Shown: piece after piece, positions 54,132-63,590 of the stretch
Numbering within the stretch: the stretch's first letter is position 1
Layout of the letters: each line of letters starts with the position of its first letter
From: an uncultured Pseudomonadota bacterium
Lineage (GTDB): Bacteria > Pseudomonadota > Gammaproteobacteria > Steroidobacterales > Steroidobacteraceae
Assembly (NCBI GenBank): GCA_963752125.1
Contig: CAVVXG010000035.1
Span: forward strand, 18,139-82,138
Reading direction: 5' to 3'
Length of the DNA: 64,000 nt
Made by a program: the position numbers and the translations under genes
Notes under the pieces: model-generated
The model's input: only the letters and a program-made list of their open reading frames with translations
Database searches by the model: none
Told to the model about the DNA's origin: nothing

Positions 54132-56561
54132 TTACAGGTACCTTTCCAGAGTGAGCCGGAATTCGTCCATGCTCTGGAAGCGCTTGGTCTTATCGACCGC
54201 CATGGACTTCACGACCATGTCGGACAGGCCGGGCGGCAGTGCCGGATTGAGCTCCTGCGGGATCCGGGCCTTGCCCTGGACGTGCTGGTACATGACGGAC
54301 ATGTGATCGCCTCGTGAATAGGGCGGCACACCCGTCACGGTCTCGTAGAGCATGACGCCCAACGCATAGATGTCGGCCCGCTCGTCGACCTTTTTGCCGA
54401 GAATTTGCTCCGGCGCCATGTATTTCGGCGAGCCGATGACGTAGCCGGTCTTGGTGAGCTGGGTATCGCCCTCGCGGTGCGCGGCGGCGACGCCGAAGTC
54501 CACAATCTTCAGTAGTCCTTCCTGATTGATGAGGACGTTGGCCGGCTTGAGGTCGCGATGGACGATGCCGACATGGTGCGCGACCGTCATTCCCGTGCAG
54601 ATATCGATCGCGAACTGGATGGCGCGCTTCAGCTCGAGCGGCTTCTCGTTCACGATCTCCGATCCGAGCGTATGCGAGGGGAAATACTCCATGGAGATGG
54701 CGTAATTTCCCTGGATGTAGAGGAAGTCGTAAATGCGGATCACGTTCTTGTGCGTGATCTTGCGGGAGTAGCGCAACTCGTGGACGAAGCGCTTCATGAC
54801 TTCCTCGTCCCCGGACACGTTCGGGTTGAGGAACTTCAGGATCAGCCGCTCATCGACGACCGTATCCTCCATCAGCAGCACCGTGCCGAAAGCGCCACGA
54901 CCGATGCGATCGATGTACTTGTAGCGGCCTTCGATGATGTCGCCCGGCTTCAATGTGCTGATGTCGAGGCGCGCGTTGCTATCGGCATGCTTGACCGCCT
55001 GTCCGACGGCAGCTTCGGACATGAGTAGCGTTTTCGACTGCTCCTGCGCCGCCGGTTGCGGTGGCCGGATGGCAGCTGTTGGCACCATCGTCGCGGTCGG
55101 CCCGGTGGCTGCCGCAGGAGGCAAGCCGCCGGAGAGGCGGCTGTCGAGCTCCGCCATCGCGGCGTGCGCAATACGCGCGATCGTTTGGTCCGGAGAGGCG
55201 AGGTGTGTTTGAAGCTCGGTACGCAGCTGCTCGACATGGCGCTCGTCGACGATTTTCGAGAGCGCTTGAATCGCTTCGATGCGCACTTCGCGCTCCGGGC
55301 GCGCTGCGAACGGCAGCAGCGTCTCGATCAGCTTCGAATCACCCAGCTTGCCGAGCGCTCGAACCACGATCGGGATCGCCTTGGCGCTGCCGGCCTGCAA
55401 CATCTCGGTGAGACGCGGTACGGCCTTCTTGCTGCCGATTTCGGCCAATGCATCGACCGCGCGCTCGCTGACCCACCAGTCGTTGTCGTGCGTTGCCTGA
55501 ATGAGCGATTCGACGGCACGCTCATCCTTGGTCTGGTTGAGGATCTCGATGGCCGCGCGGCGGATGTCCTCATCCTTGTCGCGCACGAGCTGCAGAACAG
55601 CATCGATTACGCGGGGGCCGCCGATCTTGCCCAAGGCATCCGCGGCACGGCTGCGTACCCACCAATCGCTGTCCTTGAGGGCTTCGAGCAGGTACTTGAC
55701 CGATCGGGCGTTCCCAACCTCATTGAGAACCTCGACCGCCGCGCGGCGAGCGTTCTCGTTCTCGTCCTTGAGAATGTCAATGAGGTAACGAATCGTCTCG
55801 GGGTGGTTTGCCTTGATGACGACGTCAATCGCCTTGTTCTGGACGTCGATCTCCGGGTCCTTCAACAAGGCGCAGACGCGCTCGATGTCGATGGGACCGT
55901 CGATTCTGTGCAAGGCGGAGAGGGCGGCGCCGCGAATCAGCTTGTTGTTATCTTTCAGCAGCCCTTGCAATGCGGTCTGTATTTCCGGCGTGTTGAAACG
56001 CGACAGCACATTGATGATGTGCACGCGTGCGATGGGGTCCTTGCCATTGACGCGGCCGATGAGCTCGGGGACGGCACTGACATCGGCAATTTCGCCGATG
56101 ATGCGGAAGAGGGCGGCCTTTTCGTTGGCTTCCTGCGCGTAGGCCGCAGTCAGCAGCTCGCGCACGCCGAAGCGCGATTTCTGCGCAGCAATCACTTCCA
56201 GCACGGCAGCCTTCGCCACGCCCGGTGTGCCGAGCGCCTCGAGCAACAGATGGGGCGGATAGCTGCGGTTGCTGGTGAGCGCCCAGGCGATGCCCGCAAT
56301 GACGCGCGGGCTGCCTTGGATCAGGCCTTCGACAAACTGCGGAAAGGTTTTCTGGTTGACCAGACCGGTGAGCACTTCGACGAACGCCACGGTCGCGTTC
56401 TTGTCGGCCTCGGGCAACGCCGCGAATACCGGTTCGATGGCCCCTGCACCCAGGTCCTTCAGCTTCGCAATCGATTTCTGGGTGGCCGGACTTGCGGGGT
56501 CCGTCGCGGCCCGGATCTCAGTGACCAGGCGGTCCGCGCGCAAATTCGTGAAAAAGCTCAT
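54132..56561 (-). CDS. HEAT-repeat (PBS-lyase type) N-terminal region fused to a C-terminal Hanks-type Ser/Thr protein kinase
   Basis: 809 aa. Repeats such as DSDWWVRSRAADALGKIG and DNDWWVSERAVDALAEIG. Kinase motifs IGRGAFGTV, HRDLKPANVLI, DFGVA, GSPKYMAPE. Confidence 0.85.
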   Translation of the reverse strand: MSFFTNLRADRLVTEIRAATDPASPATQKSIAKLKDLGAGAIEPVFAALPEADKNATVAFVEVLTGLVNQKTFPQFVEGLIQGSPRVIAGIAWALTSNRSYPPHLLLEALGTPGVAKAAVLEVIAAQKSRFGVRELLTAAYAQEANEKAALFRIIGEIADVSAVPELIGRVNGKDPIARVHIINVLSRFNTPEIQTALQGLLKDNNKLIRGAALSALHRIDGPIDIERVCALLKDPEIDVQNKAIDVVIKANHPETIRYLIDILKDENENARRAAVEVLNEVGNARSVKYLLEALKDSDWWVRSRAADALGKIGGPRVIDAVLQLVRDKDEDIRRAAIEILNQTKDERAVESLIQATHDNDWWVSERAVDALAEIGSKKAVPRLTEMLQAGSAKAIPIVVRALGKLGDSKLIETLLPFAARPEREVRIEAIQALSKIVDERHVEQLRTELQTHLASPDQTIARIAHAAMAELDSRLSGGLPPAAATGPTATMVPTAAIRPPQPAAQEQSKTLLMSEAAVGQAVKHADSNARLDISTLKPGDIIEGRYKYIDRIGRGAFGTVLLMEDTVVDERLILKFLNPNVSGDEEVMKRFVHELRYSRKITHKNVIRIYDFLYIQGNYAISMEYFPSHTLGSEIVNEKPLELKRAIQFAIDICTGMTVAHHVGIVHRDLKPANVLINQEGLLKIVDFGVAAAHREGDTQLTKTGYVIGSPKYMAPEQILGKKVDERADIYALGVMLYETVTGVPPYSRGDHMSVMYQHVQGKARIPQELNPALPPGLSDMVVKSMAVDKTKRFQSMDEFRLTLERYL

Positions 56562-56851
56562 TCAGCCTTTCCGTTGAGAGCCCGTGGTGGGCCCGCGATT
56601 CCCGCACTTATCCCGTGACACCCTCGCGCAGGCGAAATTGAGCGAGCCGGTGCCCTCAGGTCAGGCGGGCGGGCATTGTCGCCTAGGGTTTCCACGCAGC
56701 TTGCGCGAGCATTCCTTGAGGCGACCACGCGATTATGCCACAGCCGGTGATTGGGACAGACCTTCGGGTCGTGCGATCTTGGCATGGCTGACCATGCGCG
56801 CGGGGCCGGCAGCCTCTACAATCGCGCTTTGGGTGTTCTTTCTGGTTCAAC

Positions 56852-57952
56852 ATGCCTGATGAATCGACTTTGGATGCGCTGCGTGCCGCTCTGGGCACTT
56901 ATGTTGAGCCGTACTCGGGGCAGACGCTCGCCAGCGCGCAGGCGGTACGGGAAGTCAAAAGCCGTGCGGATGGCGGCTTCACGGCGCACATCGTGCTCGG
57001 TTTTCCACTAGGTGGCTACCAGGAGGCGCTAGGTGGGGCGCTGCGGCAGCACATCGCGCTCGCCGGTATCCAGGCGCCGCTTGCCGTGGAGCTCGAGTCC
57101 GATATCAAGGCCCACGCCGTCCAACGCAATCTCAAGCCTCTCGAGCAGATCAAGAATGTCGTAGCGGTTGCCTCGGGCAAGGGCGGCGTGGGTAAGTCCA
57201 CGGTTGCCGTCAACCTGGCTCTGGCCTGGGCCGCGCAAGGTGCTCGGGTTGGAATATTAGACGCAGACATCTATGGCCCGAGCCAGCCGCTGATGCTGGG
57301 TCTGGAGGGACAGCGACCGTCCTCACCCGATGGCAAACACCTGCGGCCGCTTGAGAGTCATGGCATCACAGCCATGTCCATCGGCTTCCTCGTGGACGCC
57401 GAACAGCCCATGGTCTGGCGCGGGCCAATGGTGACGCAGGCGTTGACGCAACTTCTGTCAGAAACACACTGGGGAAATCTCGACTATCTGGTCGTCGATA
57501 TGCCTCCCGGTACTGGCGACATCCAATTGACCCTCGCGCAACGCGTCCCGGTCGCCGGCGCCGTCATCGTGACCACACCCCAGGATATCGCCCTCGCCGA
57601 TGCGCGTAAGGGACTCAAGATGTTCGAAAAGGTGTCGGTCCCCGTGCTGGGTATCGTCGAGAACATGAGCATCCACGTTTGCTCGAATTGCGGACACGCG
57701 GAGCACATTTTCGGCTCCGGCGGTGGTGCCCGTATGGCCGAGCAGTACGGAGTGCGGCTCCTCGGCGAGTTACCTCTGGATGCCCACATTCGTGAGGAAG
57801 CTGACGGCGGCCGTCCAACTGTCGTAGCGGCCCCCGACTCTGCGCGCGCCAAGGCCTATTTCGACATGGCGCGCCGCACCGCCGCCGTTCTCGCACTGCG
57901 CTCCCGCGACCGCAGCAACCTCTTCCCGAAAATCGTGATCGAAGAAACCTGA
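56852..57952 (+). CDS. apbC: Iron-sulfur cluster carrier protein ApbC/Mrp
   Basis: ...VVAVASGKGGVGKSTVAVNLA...DADIYGPS...CSNCGH... Confidence 0.9.
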   Translation: MPDESTLDALRAALGTYVEPYSGQTLASAQAVREVKSRADGGFTAHIVLGFPLGGYQEALGGALRQHIALAGIQAPLAVELESDIKAHAVQRNLKPLEQIKNVVAVASGKGGVGKSTVAVNLALAWAAQGARVGILDADIYGPSQPLMLGLEGQRPSSPDGKHLRPLESHGITAMSIGFLVDAEQPMVWRGPMVTQALTQLLSETHWGNLDYLVVDMPPGTGDIQLTLAQRVPVAGAVIVTTPQDIALADARKGLKMFEKVSVPVLGIVENMSIHVCSNCGHAEHIFGSGGGARMAEQYGVRLLGELPLDAHIREEADGGRPTVVAAPDSARAKAYFDMARRTAAVLALRSRDRSNLFPKIVIEET

Positions 57953-57986
57953 TACCCACCCACGGTTGAGGGTCTAGGTGAGGTAA

Positions 57987-58107
57987 GCGCAGACGCGCTC
58001 GAAAAAGGCTCCTTCCGGGGGACGCCGCAAGTACGTCCCTGTAGGCTCTGGCGCAGTTCCCTACTGCGCAAGCCCCCGGAAGGAGCCTTTTTCGAGCACG
58101 TCTGCGC
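57987..58107. repeat. 121-bp nested-hairpin repeat element, copy 1 (35-bp arms, 51-nt loop with inner 7-bp stem)
   Basis: Arms 57987-58021 and 58073-58107 are complementary at 34 of 35 positions. Inner stem GCGCAGT/ACTGCGC. Confidence 0.8.
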
Positions 58108-58157
58108 ATCCACTCACGGGGTTGGTTTTGGTTCCAGAGACCAAACCGCGAATGGGT

Positions 58158-58278
58158 GCGCGTCCGCGATCGAAGAAGGTCCTTTCCGGGGGCTTGCGCT
58201 GTATGGAACAGCGCCAGAGCCTACAGGGATGTACTTGCGGCGTCCCCCGGAAAGGACCTTCTTCGATCGTGGACGCGC
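58158..58278. repeat. 121-bp nested-hairpin repeat element, copy 2 (inverted orientation relative to copy 1)
   Basis: Arms 58158-58192 and 58244-58278 are complementary at 34 of 35 positions. The loop equals the reverse complement of the copy-1 loop except at 4 positions. Confidence 0.8.
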
Positions 58279-58316
58279 GTACGTTGAGTAGGTCTTCAGA
58301 GAGTGGGGCGTTCAGC

Positions 58317-59507
58317 TCAGGGCTGCCGAAACTGTTTGGCCAACTTCAGAGTTTGCCCCTGGTAGTTGGATTTGATGGACTGCCCATAGAGCGTCTGCGG
58401 CACCTCCGCCATGCGCTCATACCGCAACCACCCCACAATCTGCCCATGCTCGAGCAAGAAGGGCACTTCATGCGAGCGCACCTCGAGCACACCGCGGCTG
58501 CTGCCAGCCTTACCGTCCGCCTCACTCCACCCAAACCCAGGATCAAAAAAACCCGCGTAATGCACCCGAAACTCCCCCGCGCGAGTGTCGTAAGGAAGCA
58601 TTTCAGCCGCATAGTTAGGCGGCACCGCAATGGTCTCCTTGGTCATCAGGATATAAAAGTCATCCGGATCCAACGTCAGCGACGGTTCCTTGTGAAACCG
58701 CAGCGGGTCCCAAAAATCAAGCGGATCGTAGTCACGCCGATCCAGGTCAATGCGCTTGGTATTCTTCTTGGCGCGCCATCCAATCAGGGTGTGGTTCGCC
58801 TCGGTGCCGCGCAGATCCACCGTAAACGGCAAGATTCCAGGCCGGTCACTCGAGCGGGCGCGCTCATCGTGCGCGCCGTCGCCGATAATGAGCCCGTTGT
58901 CGAGCAGCTCGTTCCACTCGTTCACAGTGATCTGCCTGGGCACCGCTCCCACACTGCGACGGAATCGAAGTTGGTTCAAGCGCGTGCCCGTGCGCACCAC
59001 CACACTGAAGCTGCGCGGAGCGATTTCAATGTACAGCTGGCCTTCGTAACCACCCTCGACCTGATCGAAATGCGTGGCGCCGTCGGCAATCAGCCGCGTC
59101 AGAATGTCGAGCCGGCCGGTCGAGCTCTTGGGATTGGCGAACGCGGCAGTCTCGCTCTTTAAGCTGATCGACTCCGCCAGCGGTACCACGTACACGCGGC
59201 CCTTTTCCAGGACCGCGCCCTGGCGCAGATCGATTTTGAATTTCTCGAAATCGGCATCCAACTGCCGCATCTTGTCGAGGACCTTGATGCCGCGCCCGGG
59301 AAGGAAGCTGGTGTCGACCGGGTAGGCGTACTGGCCCAGGCGCAGATCGATGCTGGCGGGCTGAACCTGATCGGGCTCGATGCTCTCCAGGACGGTGACG
59401 ATTTCCTGGGTGCGCACCATGTCCCAGATCGCCTGAGACGGCAGGACGCCCGTGTAAGTCGATGGGCGGGCGGGGCTGTCAATCGAAGAGGGGCTTTCCG
59501 GGGTCAT
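58317..59507 (-). CDS. 2'-deoxycytidine 5'-triphosphate deaminase, long (about 400 aa, DCD-family) form
   Basis: ...VQPASIDLRLGQYAYPV... and a second dUTPase-like half ...EMLPYDTRAGEFRVHYAGFFDPGFG. Start taken at ATG 59507, which forms ATGA with the upstream stop; the ORF track starts at 59543. Confidence 0.7.
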   Translation of the reverse strand: MTPESPSSIDSPARPSTYTGVLPSQAIWDMVRTQEIVTVLESIEPDQVQPASIDLRLGQYAYPVDTSFLPGRGIKVLDKMRQLDADFEKFKIDLRQGAVLEKGRVYVVPLAESISLKSETAAFANPKSSTGRLDILTRLIADGATHFDQVEGGYEGQLYIEIAPRSFSVVVRTGTRLNQLRFRRSVGAVPRQITVNEWNELLDNGLIIGDGAHDERARSSDRPGILPFTVDLRGTEANHTLIGWRAKKNTKRIDLDRRDYDPLDFWDPLRFHKEPSLTLDPDDFYILMTKETIAVPPNYAAEMLPYDTRAGEFRVHYAGFFDPGFGWSEADGKAGSSRGVLEVRSHEVPFLLEHGQIVGWLRYERMAEVPQTLYGQSIKSNYQGQTLKLAKQFRQP

Positions 59508-60283
59508 GGCTCGCGCTTTACTTTCTGGATCTGCATCGTCCATTCGACATCATCCTTGCCTTTCTTCTGTTCGACGCGCAAGGGTATGTAACCCAGGGAC
59601 GGGGCGCACCAGAATCGGGTGACGCGTGGGGAGTATTGCTTTTCGCTGCGATACACGATCGTCTGCACGGTGCCCAGCGGTGTCGTCAGCGTTTCCTCGC
59701 CTTCGCGCGAGTAGCGGTACTCACGCACCGAGCTGCCACTCAACAGTGAGAACTTCTCCGGCGTGTGTCCGCGCAGCAATTCAACCATGAGAGCAATCTG
59801 CACCGACAAATCATCCTGGATTCCGGGCGGAATCGGTGTGATGTCGATCTTGGCGTCTTCGTTGACGCCGCTGACATGGTTGTGTTCCCAGTCATACTGC
59901 ACGTTCGCGTCGCGTTTGGTCGAGGAGGTACCAGCGCTGGCCTTGTAACTGAGAGGGCGAACACCGTCAGCGGTGACTCGCAGCACGCTCTCATTTGTGG
60001 GGCGCTCGGAAAGCATGCGACCGATGCCGCGCGGTTCGCTGTTCGATCGGTAGATCCACTGACCGTCTTCCTGATGCTCGAGCCGCACGGTCGAGACAGC
60101 CACTGTCATGCCGTGCCAAATCCAGTCGTAGGTCGCGTCGAACGGTTTGAGCTCGTCCGCCGATGCCGAGTTTGTCAGCGTTGCGGCGAGGGCAGCGAAA
60201 GCCAACGCTACGAACGCAACGTTAATGCTGTTCGGAAGCCGCACTCGAGCTCTCCACAAGGGGCGTATCGAGGAGTTTGCCAT
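59504..60283 (-). CDS. DUF3108-domain exported protein
   Basis: Signal peptide ...[23 protein letters not shown], then FDATYDWIWHGMTVAVSTVRLE... Start uncertain (ATG 60283 or GTG 60244). Confidence 0.6.
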   Translation of the reverse strand: MANSSIRPLWRARVRLPNSINVAFVALAFAALAATLTNSASADELKPFDATYDWIWHGMTVAVSTVRLEHQEDGQWIYRSNSEPRGIGRMLSERPTNESVLRVTADGVRPLSYKASAGTSSTKRDANVQYDWEHNHVSGVNEDAKIDITPIPPGIQDDLSVQIALMVELLRGHTPEKFSLLSGSSVREYRYSREGEETLTTPLGTVQTIVYRSEKQYSPRVTRFWCAPSLGYIPLRVEQKKGKDDVEWTMQIQKVKREP

Positions 60284-60902
60284 CGAGGCGCACTCGGCCT
60301 TCATCCCATGAGAGGCGCCCATCCGCCACCATCCCTATTACGCGTGGATAGATGATGTGTTCCGTGGCCTGAACCCGTGCTGACAGGTCCGCTTCCGTAT
60401 CTGCCGCGTGCACGGGAACTCTGGATTGCAGAACGACGGGCCCACCGTCGAGTTCCGCCGTTACAAAATGTACGCTGGCTCCGTGTTCGGCATCTCTCGC
60501 TTGGAGTGCGCGCTGGTGCGTGTGCAGCCCGGTGTACTTTGGAAGTAGCGACGGATGGATATTGAGCATCCGTCCAGCGTATCGAGCGGCAAACTCCGGC
60601 GAGAGGATCCGCATGAAGCCGGCGAGAACCACGAGATCCGCGCCTCGCGCATCAATGCTTTCGCCCAGCGCCTGTTCGAATGCTTCTCTGCCGCCCGTTC
60701 CCTGCCAAGGAACCGCCACGGCCTCAATGCCGAGGTCGCGCGCAACGGTGAGGCCCGCTACCCCGGGACGATCCGAGATCACTATTCCAACCTGCGCATT
60801 GATCTGCCGCGCGGCGCAGGCTCGCGCGATTGCAGCCATGTTGGACCCACGGCCGGAGATCAGAATGGCGAGTTGCAGTGGCGGGCGACTGCCGGAGCTC
60901 AT
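60222..60902 (-). CDS. purN: Phosphoribosylglycinamide formyltransferase
   Basis: ...[12 protein letters not shown]...[10 protein letters not shown]...[18 protein letters not shown]...[15 protein letters not shown]. Confidence 0.9.
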   Translation of the reverse strand: MSSGSRPPLQLAILISGRGSNMAAIARACAARQINAQVGIVISDRPGVAGLTVARDLGIEAVAVPWQGTGGREAFEQALGESIDARGADLVVLAGFMRILSPEFAARYAGRMLNIHPSLLPKYTGLHTHQRALQARDAEHGASVHFVTAELDGGPVVLQSRVPVHAADTEADLSARVQATEHIIYPRVIGMVADGRLSWDEGRVRLDGKLLDTPLVESSSAASEQH

Positions 60903-61930
60903 TCGTTGATGACGACGCCGTGTCCGCCCTTGCGGACTTCGCCGATGATCTGCGCCGTCTCGCCGCGCGAGTTTAGAAGTGCGACAGCGGTGTCCGCCTG
61001 AGTGGCCGGCACGATCGCGACCATGCCGATGCCGCAGTTGAAAGTCCGATACATCTCGGACGGTTCGACGCGACCGGTGCGTTGCAGCCAGTCAAAGACA
61101 GGATCGCGGTGCCAACTACGGCGTTCGAGCACGACCTCCAAGCCATCGCGTAACACGCGTGGGATGTTGTCGGTCAGGCCGCCGCCAGTGATATGTGCGA
61201 GACCGCGCACCGGAACCGCGCGGATCAGCTCGAGAAGGGGCTTCACGTAGATGCGCGTGGGCGCGAGCAGTCGGTCGAAGAGCGGTCGCCCCTCGAGCTC
61301 TGTCGTGGCGTTGGCTTCGCCCAAGGCCACAAGTTTGCGGATGAGTGAATAGCCGTTCGAATGAGGTCCCGAAGAGGAGATGCCGACGACGGCGTCGCCA
61401 ACCTCCACCTGGGTCCCGTCAATGATCGCGTCTTTCTCGACGACGCCGACGCAGAAGCCGGCGAGATCGTAGTCGTCGCCGTAGTAGATTCCGGGCATCT
61501 CGGCCGTCTCGCCCCCGACGAGCGCCGCGCCCGCTTGGCTACAGCCCTCGGCGATGCCCCGAATGACCGACTCGGCCACGTCGACGCGCAGCTTGCCCGT
61601 CGCGTAGTAGTCGAGGAAGAAGAGGGGCTCGGCGCCCTGGACGACCACATCGTTGGCGCACATCGCGACCAGATCGATGCCGATCGTGCCGTGCCGTGCC
61701 GTATCGATCGCGAGACGAAGCTTCGTCCCCACGCCGTCCGTCCCGGACACCAATACGGGGCGTTTGTAGCCCTGTGGAAGCTCGACGAGCGCTCCGAAGC
61801 CGCCGACGCCCGCAAGCACTTCGGGGCGGTGCGTGCGTTTTACGATGGGTTTGATGCGTTCGACGAGCTCGTCGCCGGCGTCCATGTCGACGCCCGCATC
61901 GCGGTAGGTGAGGCCCGAGCCTTCTTTCAT
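60899..61930 (-). CDS. purM: Phosphoribosylformylglycinamidine cyclo-ligase
   Basis: From ATG 61930: [28 protein letters not shown]...[11 protein letters not shown]...[23 protein letters not shown]... Confidence 0.92.
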   Translation of the reverse strand: MKEGSGLTYRDAGVDMDAGDELVERIKPIVKRTHRPEVLAGVGGFGALVELPQGYKRPVLVSGTDGVGTKLRLAIDTARHGTIGIDLVAMCANDVVVQGAEPLFFLDYYATGKLRVDVAESVIRGIAEGCSQAGAALVGGETAEMPGIYYGDDYDLAGFCVGVVEKDAIIDGTQVEVGDAVVGISSSGPHSNGYSLIRKLVALGEANATTELEGRPLFDRLLAPTRIYVKPLLELIRAVPVRGLAHITGGGLTDNIPRVLRDGLEVVLERRSWHRDPVFDWLQRTGRVEPSEMYRTFNCGIGMVAIVPATQADTAVALLNSRGETAQIIGEVRKGGHGVVINE

Positions 61931-62027
61931 GGCATCTGTGATTGTATCGGTGGCCGTACGGCACTGGTGCGTATGGTATTGTACATACCGCCAAGCGCCG
62001 TTGCGCGCGCGATTCAAACATCTCCTG

Positions 62028-63002
62028 ATGCTTGCACTTGCGAAACACCGCGTTCGCGGTTTCCTCACCTGCATGGCGCTGCTTCTGTGGGGCCCGTTTC
62101 TGTGGGGAATGGGGCCCGTTTCCGCACTTGCCGCGCGAGCCGTCCGAGTCTACGAAGTCGACGTCAGTGGCCAGTCCACAACAGCGTTGCAGGAGGCCAT
62201 GCGCCAGGCTCTGGTGCGCGCTACCGGCAGACGCGAGTCCGCAAGCGATCCGGCGCTCGCCAGCCTGATCGAGGACGCGCCGAAGTATGTCAAGTCCTAC
62301 TCTCCCGGTCCCCGTGGCGAGACACAGGTGGTTTTCGACCGGACCGCTGTCGAACGTGGGATTGTCGCCGCGGGCCGCAGTGTTTGGGATCCTGAGCGTC
62401 CCTTTACGTTGGTCGTGCTCTATCCACCGCCAAGCCGCACCGACGTCGATGCGGCGCGCAGCGCCCTGGAGCAGGCCGCTGCCGCGCGTGGGCTGCTCAT
62501 AAGCGTTATTCCCCTGTCGATCGTCGACGCGAATGGCACCGAGCTCGGGCGCGACGCGCTGCTGAACACCGCACAACGCTTTGGCGGCGATGAGGTGCTC
62601 GTAGGCCGTTCTGATGCGGGCGCGCCTGCCGGCCAGTACCAGTGGACGTTGTACACGGGTTTCTCGAGCCAGAGCTGGAGCGGCCCGTTGACCTCTGGGA
62701 TCGACGGTACCGTCGATCTGCTGGCGCCGGCGCAGGGCGCTTCGCTCGCACAGACGGAGGCCAAGGTCCTAGTGCAGGTCGAGGGCGTTGCCAGTCTGAC
62801 CGACTACGCCAATGTGGAGCGGATGCTCGAGTCAGTACCGGGCGTGCGCGGAGCTAACATCGTGCGGGCCGGTGGCAATGCGGTGACGTTCGATATCACT
62901 GCGCGTGGCGGCTCGGAAGCGCTCGATCATGCGCTCTCGGGCTCATCCCGCCTGGTGCGCTCGGGTACGGGTATGCCGCTGGTGTACCAATACCATCCTT
63001 AG
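62028..63002 (+). CDS. DUF2066-domain exported protein
   Basis: Signal-like N-terminus, then ...[27 protein letters not shown]... It sits in the purM-divergent position usual for this family. Start uncertain. Confidence 0.6.
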   Translation: MLALAKHRVRGFLTCMALLLWGPFLWGMGPVSALAARAVRVYEVDVSGQSTTALQEAMRQALVRATGRRESASDPALASLIEDAPKYVKSYSPGPRGETQVVFDRTAVERGIVAAGRSVWDPERPFTLVVLYPPPSRTDVDAARSALEQAAAARGLLISVIPLSIVDANGTELGRDALLNTAQRFGGDEVLVGRSDAGAPAGQYQWTLYTGFSSQSWSGPLTSGIDGTVDLLAPAQGASLAQTEAKVLVQVEGVASLTDYANVERMLESVPGVRGANIVRAGGNAVTFDITARGGSEALDHALSGSSRLVRSGTGMPLVYQYHP

Positions 63003-63027
63003 AAGGGACGGCCTGTCTGCCTTCGCC

Positions 63028-63582
63028 ATGCGGCATCTGCCGAACCTGATCTGCCTCATCCGACTAGCGCTGATCTGGCCCGTCGCGACGGCGCTCGCGG
63101 TGGGCAACTACGGGCTCGCTCTGAGTCTGTTCGTGATCGCGGCCGTCTCCGATGGGCTCGACGGGTACCTTGCCAAGCGGTTCGGATGGATCTCCGAGCT
63201 CGGTAAATTTCTCGATCCCATGGCCGACAAGCTGCTGTTGATGACCGTGTTCATCGAGGCGGCGTGGCTCGACCTCGTACCGTGGTGGATCACCGCCGCC
63301 GCGGTGGCGCGCGATGTCCTGATCGGGTTAGGTGCGCTCGTCTTCCGCGTGTGGTTCGGGCCGTTGCATGGCAGGCCGACTCGCATCAGCAAAATCAACA
63401 CCGCCGCTCAGCTGCTGTATCTGGCGGGGGTGATGTTTGGCGCCGCCGTCGGGTTTCCGCCGCGCGAGGTGTTAGATGCGCTCGCAGTGCTCACGCTGGC
63501 GACCATCGCTCTCTCCGGATACCACTACACGGCCACCTTTACACGGCGGGTCTGGTCGTTGCCGCCGGCGCAAATGTCCTGA
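63028..63582 (+). CDS. CDP-alcohol phosphatidyltransferase-family protein (PgsA-like)
   Basis: MRHLPNLICLIRLALIWPV...AAVSDGLDGYLAKRFGW.SELGKFLDPMADKLL (D-G-x2-A-R-x8-G-x3-D-x3-D motif). Confidence 0.8.
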   Translation: MRHLPNLICLIRLALIWPVATALAVGNYGLALSLFVIAAVSDGLDGYLAKRFGWISELGKFLDPMADKLLLMTVFIEAAWLDLVPWWITAAAVARDVLIGLGALVFRVWFGPLHGRPTRISKINTAAQLLYLAGVMFGAAVGFPPREVLDALAVLTLATIALSGYHYTATFTRRVWSLPPAQMS

Positions 63583-63590
63583 GGCCGCTC

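Noticed and set aside
55056-56618. 520-aa plus-strand ORF antisense to the HEAT-repeat kinase.
   Set aside because: Shadow ORF. The opposite strand has regular HEAT repeats and kinase motifs.
58122-59162. 346-aa plus-strand ORF spanning the hairpin repeats and the antisense of the dcd-like gene. Also 61361-62395 (plus) and 61539-62576 (minus) around purM and the DUF2066 gene.
   Set aside because: They start inside a non-coding palindromic repeat or run antisense to conserved genes. No motifs.
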